Source: Candidatus Brocadiia bacterium JP1
GTDB lineage: Bacteria; Planctomycetota; Brocadiia; Brocadiales; Bathyanammoxibiaceae
Direction of reading: 5' to 3'
Length of the DNA stretch: 64,000 bases
Assembly: GCA_051388875.1 (NCBI GenBank)
Contig: JBMFFR010000002.1
Span: 283,940 to 347,939, forward strand
Within the stretch, counting starts at the first letter, position 1. Each line of letters begins with the position of its first letter. This document shows positions 30,105 through 38,438 of the stretch, piece by piece. Made by a program: the position numbers and the translations under genes. The notes under the pieces were generated by a model. It worked only from the letters and a program-made list of their open reading frames with translations, did no database searches and was not told where the DNA came from.

Positions 30105-30194
30105 GATAAACGTATAAGTAAGTTTCTGGATGGCAAGAAGGTGGTGAATATAATTCTGGTGCCGAGGAAGCTGGTGAATATTGTGGTGAAATAA
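30105..30194 (+). repeat. Copy 3 of the leuS 3' end (orphan)
   Basis: It encodes DKRISKFLDGKKVVNIILVPRKLVNIVVK* with the frame intact. Confidence 0.9.
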
Positions 30195-30199
30195 GAAGC

Positions 30200-31183
30200 C
30201 TAAATTTCATTCAAGAGAAGGTTTTCGCCTTTTTCATCTACCACGTATTTTATTAACCTAACGGTTTTTTCTTCAATTGATCTTCTCCGAGCTACGTATT
30301 CACGGACTTTTTGGTCAAAATCAAATCCTACGAGAATGCTCTGTACCATCTCAGTATCCCCGTTTGCAAGCTTCCTGATTAACCAATCTTCATACCTAAC
30401 AATCTGGTTAAGGTCATCCTCTATAACTGTATCCGTTTTCAACTCTATACAAGTGAACTTATGCAATATATCTACTGAGTCGATAGATGTAACATGCGTG
30501 AGGAAGATATCCATTACTTTATTAAAGGAAGTAGGAACATAATTTATGTAGTCTCTGTACTCACCAATCACTTCTTTTAGTTTGTTTTGCTTGAACTGGC
30601 TCATAAACCATGCGTTAAGATAACCTTCGTAAATCAGGCGTCCCTTCTTGTCAGATTCAAGTTTGATTGCTAAAGGCTTTTCTATGTTTGGTGTATATGG
30701 CTTGCTCGGAGGTTGAACCGGCAAAAATATAGGATTATTGCGCAACAACAGTCTTATCAATTCCTTTCCTTCTTCTGTCGTTATGGGATTGTGATTCTTT
30801 TTCCTAAATGCATTCAAGTCAAAGGTCCATATCTTACCTTTATCTTTTAAATCCAAAATGTCGCTAAGCGCGATAGGCTTTGAAAATTTTCTTATTATGG
30901 GTTCAACACAGATTCTTATGGGATACAGTTGTTCTTTATCTTCAAAAATAAGGGTAGTGTCATAAAAAGGGCCGCTATTAACTTTCCACAAACCATACAG
31001 GCCCTCTCCAGAGACATAGAAGAATACGAAATCTCCTGGTTTGATCCCAGTAAAACTGCCAATAATATCGGCGTTAATCTGGGGTGATTTACTAGAACCT
31101 ACTGATTCGGTACCACCATATACCCCTCTCTGGATATTAAACTCAAAGTTTTCCTTCTTTGTCAGGAAGATATGATAGCCCAT
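30200..31183 (-). CDS. EVE/PUA-like domain fused to a PD-(D/E)xK nuclease-like domain; putative modification-dependent restriction enzyme
   Basis: The N-terminus (GDFVFFYVSGEGLYGLWKV ... PIALSDILDL) looks like an EVE domain. The C-terminus has D (MDIFLTHV) ... CIELK (ExK), as expected for a restriction-endonuclease fold. Confidence 0.5.
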   Translation of the reverse strand: MGYHIFLTKKENFEFNIQRGVYGGTESVGSSKSPQINADIIGSFTGIKPGDFVFFYVSGEGLYGLWKVNSGPFYDTTLIFEDKEQLYPIRICVEPIIRKFSKPIALSDILDLKDKGKIWTFDLNAFRKKNHNPITTEEGKELIRLLLRNNPIFLPVQPPSKPYTPNIEKPLAIKLESDKKGRLIYEGYLNAWFMSQFKQNKLKEVIGEYRDYINYVPTSFNKVMDIFLTHVTSIDSVDILHKFTCIELKTDTVIEDDLNQIVRYEDWLIRKLANGDTEMVQSILVGFDFDQKVREYVARRRSIEEKTVRLIKYVVDEKGENLLLNEI

Positions 31184-31295
31184 GTCCTTGCCTTTTAGTT
31201 TTAATCAAATAATTGATTATTGCACTCTTGTCAAATATAATCTTGGAGGTCTTTGTTTTTCAAAATTTAAAAAATATCAAATGGAGGTTATCCAG

Positions 31296-31496
31296 ATGAG
31301 CGAGGAAGACATCTTTAAGCCAGAAAAAGCCCAGTTCAAAGAGCTAGAGAAAGTCTTTCTCATAAGGATGTTTGTTTGCCCTAAGTGTGAAAGGCTATTT
31401 GAGTTTGAAGAGGCAGTCTCAGATGGTGACTTTGTACAGTGTTATAAATGTGATTCAATTTATCAGATAATTGACCCTACCACCAAGATATTATAA
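31296..31496 (+). CDS. Small zinc-ribbon protein (66 aa)
   Basis: It has CPKC...x19...CYKC. GGAGGT lies 7 nt before the ATG at 31296. The ORF-track start at 31182 overlaps the divergent gene and is unlikely. Confidence 0.5.
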   Translation: MSEEDIFKPEKAQFKELEKVFLIRMFVCPKCERLFEFEEAVSDGDFVQCYKCDSIYQIIDPTTKIL

Positions 31497-31517
31497 GGTA
31501 ATAGAACAAGGTGAATT

Positions 31518-31775
31518 ATGTTAAAAGGAAAGATTACAAAAAAACAAATTGAGCAAGAATGGCAAAGATTAAATTTTGAGATTTTTGAAAATAAGCCTAA
31601 AACTGATAAACCGTATCCCTCCGACGTAGTTAAAAGGAGAGAACTGCTGCTTTTTGCTCAGGTACACCTAGCTGAAATTTCATGGGCTAAAAGGTGTAAG
31701 GATCGGGAAACCGAGGCATTGCATACAGAAGTGTATAATTTAGTATTGCAGAATTATTACAGTTGGTGCAAATAG
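31518..31775 (+). CDS. Hypothetical protein (85 aa)
   Basis: This is an ORF with an upstream purine-rich tract, tightly spaced before holA. I recognise no family. Confidence 0.4.
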   Translation: MLKGKITKKQIEQEWQRLNFEIFENKPKTDKPYPSDVVKRRELLLFAQVHLAEISWAKRCKDRETEALHTEVYNLVLQNYYSWCK

Positions 31776-31779
31776 AAAA

Positions 31780-32778
31780 ATGGACTTTCTTCACTTTAAA
31801 AACCATTTCCTTAGTGAAAAACTTTTACCTCTCTATCTTATCCATGGGGAGGAGGAGTTTTTTGTAAGGGAGGCCATTTCGTCCATCAAGTCCCGTGTTC
31901 TGGAAGGGGATACCAGCGGGCTGACGGAGATAGAGGGTGAAGAAATCTCTTTGTCTGCAATATTAGAGGAAGTGCGCACCCCTCGCCTCTTCGGCAAAGG
32001 GGGTAGAAAATTAGTAATAGTACAGAAGGCCGATAAACTGTTTAAAGAAGGTGGGCAGGTGTGGGAAAGGTTGATTTCTTCACCAGTGGTGGATAGCGTT
32101 TTGGTGCTTGTGCTTAAGGGGGCGGAGATAAAGGGGGCGCTGTGTGATAAGATAAAGAGGAAGGGTGGGGTCATCAATTGTAAGGGATTGGCTGATAAGG
32201 ACTTAGTACCGTGGATAGTTGCCCGGGTAAAGCATTACGGTAAGCAAATCACCATAGATGCACTGCATATTTTACATGAGAACGCGGGTAATAATTTATT
32301 ATTGCTGGATAATCATATAGAAAAGCTTTGCCTTTATATAGGTAATCGTAATAAAATAAATAAAAGCGATGTAGAGGAGTTAGTGAGTCATGATAGGCAG
32401 CAGAAGGTCTTTGAGTTTACTGCTGCAATTGCTAAGAAAGAGGTAACTTCTGCCCTGAAGATGATTCACCAGTTGATGTCATTTATGAGGTCCGGGGAGG
32501 AGGCACTGAAGGTTATTCCTCCTCTGGCCTGGCAGATGAAGAGGCTTTTACAGGCCAAGCGGCTGTTGGCCAGTGGCAATAGAAAAGAGGCATTGTTCAA
32601 CGAGTTAAAGGTGCCTTACCGTTTCCAGAAAGAGCTCGTGAGACAGACACACCTATTTTCTGAAACGGAATTAGAAAGGGATTATCAACTCCTGCTAGAG
32701 GCTGATATACATAGTAAGACTGACAATATAGATACCAGGCTCCTTTTAGAGACGCTGGTTTTTAGACTGTGTAAATAA
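31780..32778 (+). CDS. holA: DNA polymerase III delta subunit
   Basis: The 332-aa product has the N-terminus [17 protein letters not shown] and a general HolA pattern. The leuS...holA neighbourhood is a common conserved synteny. Confidence 0.8.
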   Translation: MDFLHFKNHFLSEKLLPLYLIHGEEEFFVREAISSIKSRVLEGDTSGLTEIEGEEISLSAILEEVRTPRLFGKGGRKLVIVQKADKLFKEGGQVWERLISSPVVDSVLVLVLKGAEIKGALCDKIKRKGGVINCKGLADKDLVPWIVARVKHYGKQITIDALHILHENAGNNLLLLDNHIEKLCLYIGNRNKINKSDVEELVSHDRQQKVFEFTAAIAKKEVTSALKMIHQLMSFMRSGEEALKVIPPLAWQMKRLLQAKRLLASGNRKEALFNELKVPYRFQKELVRQTHLFSETELERDYQLLLEADIHSKTDNIDTRLLLETLVFRLCK

Positions 32779-32794
32779 TTGGGGAGGGTACGAG

Positions 32795-33469
32795 ATGAAA
32801 TTTTTTGTAGATACAGCGGACGTAAAAGAAATTAGAGAGGCCCACAGTGTGGGCATACTTGATGGCGTAACCACTAATCCTTCGTTAATATCTAAGACGG
32901 GTAGGCCCTGGCGGGAATGTGTGGAGGAAATTTGTTCAATAGTGGAGGGCCCGGTGAGTGTTGAGGCAGTAGGGTTTAAGGCTGATGAGATTATCCCGGA
33001 GGCAAGGGAACTCTCTAAAATTGCAGAGAACGTTGTGGTGAAAGTACCTATTATCAAAGAGGGTCTTAAGGCGGTAAGGGTACTCTCCTCTGAAGGTGTT
33101 AAGGTGAATATGACCCTGTGTTTTTCCCCTAACCAGGCGTTGCTGGCCGCCAAGGCAGGGGCCACTTACGTTAGCCCCTTTGTGGGGAGGCTGGATGATG
33201 TAGGGCAATCGGGCATGAGCCTGATTGAGGAAATCCGCACTATTTATGATAACTACGGCTATAAGACCCAAATTATTGTTGCCAGCATCCGGCATCCTAT
33301 GCACGTGAGGGATGCTGCCTTAATGGGGGCTGACATTGCCACCATTCCTTTTGAAGTCTTTGAAAAGCTTGTGCAACACCCGCTTACTGACGTTGGCATT
33401 AAGCGCTTCCTTGCTGACTGGGAAAAGGTACCGAGAAAGGAGAAGGCAGCGGTCTTTGCCAGGGCATAA
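32795..33469 (+). CDS. tal: Transaldolase / fructose-6-phosphate aldolase (short subfamily 3B)
   Basis: It has [16 protein letters not shown]...GVTTNPSLI, the Schiff-base Lys region (VVKVP) and [13 protein letters not shown]. Confidence 0.9.
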   Translation: MKFFVDTADVKEIREAHSVGILDGVTTNPSLISKTGRPWRECVEEICSIVEGPVSVEAVGFKADEIIPEARELSKIAENVVVKVPIIKEGLKAVRVLSSEGVKVNMTLCFSPNQALLAAKAGATYVSPFVGRLDDVGQSGMSLIEEIRTIYDNYGYKTQIIVASIRHPMHVRDAALMGADIATIPFEVFEKLVQHPLTDVGIKRFLADWEKVPRKEKAAVFARA

Positions 33470-33579
33470 AGAGGTTATCGGTGTCGGCTTTGACGCATAC
33501 AGCAGATGGTCGGGACGGCTAGCGATACATGAAGAGGTTAAGTGGGGCGGCTTAGAGGTATGAAGAAGATAACTGAACT

Positions 33580-33614
33580 GGGGCGGCCAAAGGCCGCCCC
33601 CAATATTTTATTTT
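33580..33614 (+). terminator. Rho-independent terminator between convergent tal and HD genes
   Basis: It is a perfect hairpin, GGGGCGGCC-AAA-GGCCGCCCC (33580-33600), followed by CAATATTTTATTTT. Confidence 0.8.
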
Positions 33615-34294
33615 AGACCGTTTTCCTGTATTACCTGTACTTCAAAGATGCAGTTCAGGAGTTTTGCAGCCCGACGGCAGGCTACCATACGCGCAGTGAA
33701 TATCTCAAAGTATTCCACTAAATCGGAGATATCTTTATCTATATCAAGCGCAAGGCTTATTATTCTTTTTTGAGTATCCAGGTTAAGCTCAGCCCTTCTT
33801 ACCGCATAATTAACCCGGTCGTGTATATCAAGTTTTATCCCCTTTTTGGCACGCACACGGGAGCGGTGGACGTCTGATTTATCAGCTATTATTAAGGCTG
33901 CACCCACTTTATTTACTGGCTCACATGTGTCTTCATCATGATTTCCCAGAGCTCCCATTATCTCAAGGATATCTTCCAGTGGCATACCCAGTTCCCTAAG
34001 GAAATCATGGGCCAGATAAGCACCCATTGCCGCATGAAAAGTTCTGTTAACTATGTTTCCTATATCGTGGATATACCCCGCGATAGACGCTAGCTCGCAA
34101 AGCCGCTCCTCGTAACCAAGTTCTCTCAGGATTCTACCTGCATTGTAAGCTACATAGTTGGCGTGTCTTCTGCCATGCTCTGTATAGCCAATGTTTCCTA
34201 GAAATTCATCCGTTTTGTCTATATACGTTATCACGTCCGTATGGTCTTTCACCATTTGTAGTGTAACTACTGGTTTAGCAGTCTCTAACTTCAC
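33608..34294 (-). CDS. HD-domain metal-dependent phosphohydrolase
   Basis: It has H...HD motifs (GRRHANYV ... GYIHDIGN ... HD). Confidence 0.75.
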   Translation of the reverse strand: MKLETAKPVVTLQMVKDHTDVITYIDKTDEFLGNIGYTEHGRRHANYVAYNAGRILRELGYEERLCELASIAGYIHDIGNIVNRTFHAAMGAYLAHDFLRELGMPLEDILEIMGALGNHDEDTCEPVNKVGAALIIADKSDVHRSRVRAKKGIKLDIHDRVNYAVRRAELNLDTQKRIISLALDIDKDISDLVEYFEIFTARMVACRRAAKLLNCIFEVQVIQENGLK

Positions 34295-34433
34295 AAATAA
34301 CTCCTTTTATCTTAGTAGTAAGTCCTTTATTATTATTGCGTCAATTCCTGTTCTTATTCTAAATAACCAACGTAAGAGTCAGTCTCCTCAGAAACTAGCG
34401 TGTCCTTTAATTTTTCGCACACTTCTACTACGC

Positions 34434-35900
34434 TTATACCCATTCCAGCTTCCTTCTCCACCGGGTTCCTTCTGGTTTGTCTTCAAGGATTATGCCAAGC
34501 CTGTCAAGCTGGCTGCGGACCTCGTCGGCCAATTGCCACTGTTTGGCCTGTCGGAGTCTGTTACGGGTCTCTACCAGGACTTGCACCAAAGCCTCCTCCC
34601 CCTCATCCTTGCCTTTGGCTGCACCGAGATGTTCTACAATTATACCAAGAACGTCCTCGCCAAAAGTACGGTAAAAATTGTCTATTTCTGATAAGACCTG
34701 GCGACTTATTTCCTGACCAGAGCTAAGGATGAGGTTAACCTCTCTTGAGAACTGAAATAGCGCTGCGAGTGCCTCTGCTGTGTTAAAGTCATCATCCAGG
34801 GCTTCAAGAAAGTTTTTCTTATGGGCTTGAATTTTTTCTAGAATGGCTTCCTCTGGGGCTGATTCTTTGGCGTATCTTAATTGCTCTCTAACTGCTTTTG
34901 CAGGTATGAGGAGGTGTTCAAGTCCGTTAGCCGCTGCTTGCAGTGCCTCTTCAGTATAATCTAGTGGACTCCTATAGTGGGAATTCAGTATGAAGAATCT
35001 AATCACCATGGGGGGATACTTTTCAAATGCCTGTTTCAGGGTAACAAAGTTCCCCAGGGACTTTCCCATCTTTTGTCCACCCACTGTAACCATATTATTA
35101 TGCATCCAGTACCTTACGAATGGTTTCTCGTTGGCGGACTCACTCTGGGCGATCTCACACTCGTGATGGGGAAAGACATTTTCAAGGCCCCCACCGTGTA
35201 TATCAAACGTCTCTCCAAGGTAGCGCATGGACATTGCGGAGCACTCCAGATGCCAGCCAGGGAACCCTTCGCCCCAGGGACTTTTCCACCTCAGGATGTG
35301 TCCGGGTAGGGCCTTTTTCCATAACGCAAAATCAAGGGGATATTGCTTCTCAGGGTTGGGTTCTATCCTGACAGAGGATTGTAATTCGTCCAGCTTGCGC
35401 CCTGAGAGTTTTCCATATCCCTCAAACCTTCTAACGTAAAAGTACACTGAGCCGCTGATTTCGTATGCGTAGCCCTTCTCAAGGAGCTTTTCTACGAGTT
35501 CAACCTGTTCGGGTACATGCCCCGTAGCCCTGGGGGATATATCGGCCCTCAGGTTATTCAGGGCGTCCATGTCATCAAAGTAGCTCTTCATGTATTTTTC
35601 AACCAGCTCCATAGGCTCAAGCCTTTCCAGGCGTGCCCTTTGCAGGATTTTGTCCTCCCCGGCATCGGCGTTATCTGTAAGGTGCCCTACGTCCGTTATG
35701 TTTTGTACGTAACGTACCTTGTAGCCTAAGTGACGGAGATAACGAATCACTACGTCAAAACTCACGTAACTCTTGGCATGACCGAGATGTGGGTGGTCGT
35801 ATACGGTAGGGCCACACACGTATATACCCACCATTCCTGCGTGCAGGGGCTGAAATTCTTCTCTTTTTCTGGTTAGTGTATTATATATCTTAAGGCTCAT
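34434..35900 (-). CDS. cysS: Cysteinyl-tRNA synthetase
   Basis: It has the HIGH motif (HLGHA), the KMSKS variant (KMGKSLGN) and the N-terminus MSLKIYNTLTRKREEF. Confidence 0.95.
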   Translation of the reverse strand: MSLKIYNTLTRKREEFQPLHAGMVGIYVCGPTVYDHPHLGHAKSYVSFDVVIRYLRHLGYKVRYVQNITDVGHLTDNADAGEDKILQRARLERLEPMELVEKYMKSYFDDMDALNNLRADISPRATGHVPEQVELVEKLLEKGYAYEISGSVYFYVRRFEGYGKLSGRKLDELQSSVRIEPNPEKQYPLDFALWKKALPGHILRWKSPWGEGFPGWHLECSAMSMRYLGETFDIHGGGLENVFPHHECEIAQSESANEKPFVRYWMHNNMVTVGGQKMGKSLGNFVTLKQAFEKYPPMVIRFFILNSHYRSPLDYTEEALQAAANGLEHLLIPAKAVREQLRYAKESAPEEAILEKIQAHKKNFLEALDDDFNTAEALAALFQFSREVNLILSSGQEISRQVLSEIDNFYRTFGEDVLGIIVEHLGAAKGKDEGEEALVQVLVETRNRLRQAKQWQLADEVRSQLDRLGIILEDKPEGTRWRRKLEWV

Positions 35901-36176
35901 GGTTTAGTGTCTTGGCAATATTCCTCTCAGCATTGCATACGCTCTCCGTGTCCATCTAATACACTTTACATATTTTACACCATATTAAAATCTGGTGTAG
36001 TTGTATTTTTATCCGGTTTTGCCCCATCTTACTGGATAGGAAAAAGGTACTATGACAATTCAAAAGCATACCACCAGGTAGGCCATTAGGCAAGGGATTT
36101 TTGAGACCCATGTTGACGTATCGCCCAAAAGGGGTATAATTTTTGTATTCATTTTTATTTATAGGAGGTAAAGCAA

Positions 36177-36650
36177 ATGACGTCCCTAAAAAAGGTCTTT
36201 TTCCTGTTTGGTTTGTGTATCGTTACTATGGCTATGGCTAAGCTAACATTGGGCACCTATAGTCGTACCATTCTTATGACCGGGGAAGCACCGCCGATAC
36301 CAGTACCTGAGGAGAAATACAGCCCCAAAATGGTTACATTAAAGGTAGAAGAAAGGGTTACTTATGAGGTGTCAGTTCCTGAGGAAAAACTCCAGCAAGG
36401 GGAAGTAAAGCCACAAGACCTTGATCTGATAGAGGTGCAGGATAAGGAGAGCGTGAACTTCCATCAGATAGATTGCTTTTATTATCGTCCGGTAACCCAG
36501 AGACAGACACGTACCACAGATGCGCTTGTCTGTACCCGTTCCAGAGAGGGCACGGAGTATTGGTTCACCAACAAGACCCGTTTTGTGGAATGGGAGCCCT
36601 GGTCTGAATGGGTAGCTATTCCCAAGAAAGGGCTGGTTAAAAAGGAATAG
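36177..36650 (+). CDS. Hypothetical membrane-anchored/secreted protein
   Basis: The 157-aa product has an N-terminal hydrophobic anchor and AGGAGG upstream. Confidence 0.5.
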   Translation: MTSLKKVFFLFGLCIVTMAMAKLTLGTYSRTILMTGEAPPIPVPEEKYSPKMVTLKVEERVTYEVSVPEEKLQQGEVKPQDLDLIEVQDKESVNFHQIDCFYYRPVTQRQTRTTDALVCTRSREGTEYWFTNKTRFVEWEPWSEWVAIPKKGLVKKE

Positions 36651-36875
36651 CAGTACACCCTAACAATGAGGGTGTATAAATTTGTCAAAAGAAGAAAATA
36701 CTCCTCTTCCAAAGAGATCCCGAAGGTGGCCCTGGCTAGAATAGTTACTGCTGATACCAGAGTTTATACTAGCCCTTCTGCCCTTCTTCTGGGGAGCAGA
36801 TTACCCGGAAGGCCGTTAATCTTTTTAGACAGTTAATGATTTAAAATCCTAGACCGGTCTTTCATTAAGCTTTCA

Positions 36876-38135
36876 TTAAGACTGGACTCCCATCCGAGAT
36901 GGCCGTGTTTTACTTTGTCTGCTAATCGGGTCTTTGATGGCCGAGTAATAATTTTTTAATAACATATACTGGTCAAAAAACCCTCTCGCCGAAGTACCCA
37001 GCGGGTGTTTAAAGTAGATGGCAAGCTGGGGCTGTATGCCATGCTCACCCCTACGAAGGGCAAATTCCAATAGCCTGACCAAATCCAGAATCAATGGGGC
37101 AGCCAGTATGGAATCCCTTCCTAACCAGTTTATTTTCATACTCATAGGCATACCGAGCCATCCAGAGAAATCTATACTCTCCCACGCCTCTTTGTTATCA
37201 CCCCTGGGGGCATAGTAATGGATGTCCACAATATGGGGGAAATGGTTATAGCCCAGTATAGGCTCCAGTACCCCTAATTTATCCTCCATCTTGGTCTGCC
37301 TGTGTTCCGGGAGTGCAAGTACCCTGCCATCGTTGTTTCCAAGTATGTTGGTGCTGTACCATCCATCCAGATGCAGATTCCTTATTTTAAACATCTGGGC
37401 TATTACAGTCTTGATAAGGGTCTGGCCGGTGTTACCGTCTCTACCTGCCAGAGGAACCCTCTTTTCTTCGGCCAGTTGCAAGAGGGCGGGCACCTTTAAA
37501 GTTACATTTGGCGTAAAATCCGCAAAGGGACAACCAGTTTCTATCGCAGCAAAGGCATATAACATGGCTGAGCTTATGGATTGGTCATTCTCCCTTAGCG
37601 CCTTCTTAAAACTGTCAATGTCTTTATGGAGTTCCTTTGTTTTAATATGTTTTAAAGGGGAACCCAGAAACACCATCACAGCCTTATCCAGATTATTGTT
37701 TTTCTTGAAAGAGAGTATATCTTGTTTAATGGCAGAAAGCCCTTCCTCCAGCGAAGAGGCTGTGCGGACGTTGTTACCCTTTCTAGCCGAATCTACATCG
37801 TGTGTGGTTACGGTGGCCCTCCAGGGGTGTATTGCTTCTAGTTCGGACCGCAAGCCCTCTACAAGCCATGGCTCCAACACCTTATTGGTGAGGGCAGCCC
37901 TGTAAGCATCCTGTCCATTGACGTCCCAACCGCCGAAGATGAATTGGTCTAGTTGGGAGAGGTTTAGGTGCGAGAAAGACTCAGTCTCAGTTAACATTCC
38001 AAAAAAATTGCTGCTCAGCCCCTTCTTTAGGGCTAGGGAGCCGGCTACCGTTGTGTTTGCCGTGGCCCCATTGAGTCCCACCAACAAAACGCCTATCTTT
38101 TCCTTCTTCATTACCTCATGATTACTCATTATCAT
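36876..38135 (-). CDS. ino1: myo-Inositol-1-phosphate (inositol-3-phosphate) synthase
   Basis: It has an N-terminal Rossmann segment (IGVLLVGLNGATA). The C-terminal half matches the MIPS pattern (GRDGNTGQTLIKT...NILGNNDG...DIHYYAPRGDNKEAWE...RDSILAAPLILDLVRL). I place the start at 38135, where AAGGAGG lies 8 nt upstream. Confidence 0.75.
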   Translation of the reverse strand: MIMSNHEVMKKEKIGVLLVGLNGATANTTVAGSLALKKGLSSNFFGMLTETESFSHLNLSQLDQFIFGGWDVNGQDAYRAALTNKVLEPWLVEGLRSELEAIHPWRATVTTHDVDSARKGNNVRTASSLEEGLSAIKQDILSFKKNNNLDKAVMVFLGSPLKHIKTKELHKDIDSFKKALRENDQSISSAMLYAFAAIETGCPFADFTPNVTLKVPALLQLAEEKRVPLAGRDGNTGQTLIKTVIAQMFKIRNLHLDGWYSTNILGNNDGRVLALPEHRQTKMEDKLGVLEPILGYNHFPHIVDIHYYAPRGDNKEAWESIDFSGWLGMPMSMKINWLGRDSILAAPLILDLVRLLEFALRRGEHGIQPQLAIYFKHPLGTSARGFFDQYMLLKNYYSAIKDPISRQSKTRPSRMGVQS

Positions 38136-38239
38136 TAAATTAACCTCCTTGTGATTGCTGAATTTAATCCTACAATACCTCTGAAAATTTTGCATAATGT
38201 CCTTCTAAACTGCTAAAGGCGGTGAAGAATCTCTGCTGT

Positions 38240-38374
38240 ACCATCAGATTCTTCGCTTCGCTCAGAATGACAATTTTTCTTAACACCCTGTCGTCTCCCA
38301 ACGCCACAGTACCATCAGATTCTCCGCTTCCCCTTCCCCTTTGGCTCAGGGCTTCGGCTCGCTCAGAATGACAA
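38240..38374. repeat. Two copies of the family D dispersed repeat (..GATTCTTCGCTTC...GCTCAGAATGACAA)
   Basis: The copies lie at 38240-38273 and 38311-38374, with a third at 49943-49989. The 86-aa ORF 38170-38430 is composed of these repeats. Confidence 0.8.
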
Positions 38375-38438
38375 TAGGTGTTAGAACCACTTTGGCAGGG
38401 GTCTCCTGCAAAAACAAATTCACCTTTCACTTCTTAGT

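Noticed and set aside
34191-34726. Plus-strand ORFs 34191-34691 and 34400-34726
   Set aside because: They are antisense to the HD-domain and cysS genes and span their intergenic region. There is no RBS and no recognisable family.
38170-38430. The 86-aa ORF between ino1 and the MCO-cytochrome gene
   Set aside because: It consists of two copies of repeat family D (VILSEAKNL / HSERAEALSQ-type translations), so it is a repeat artefact.
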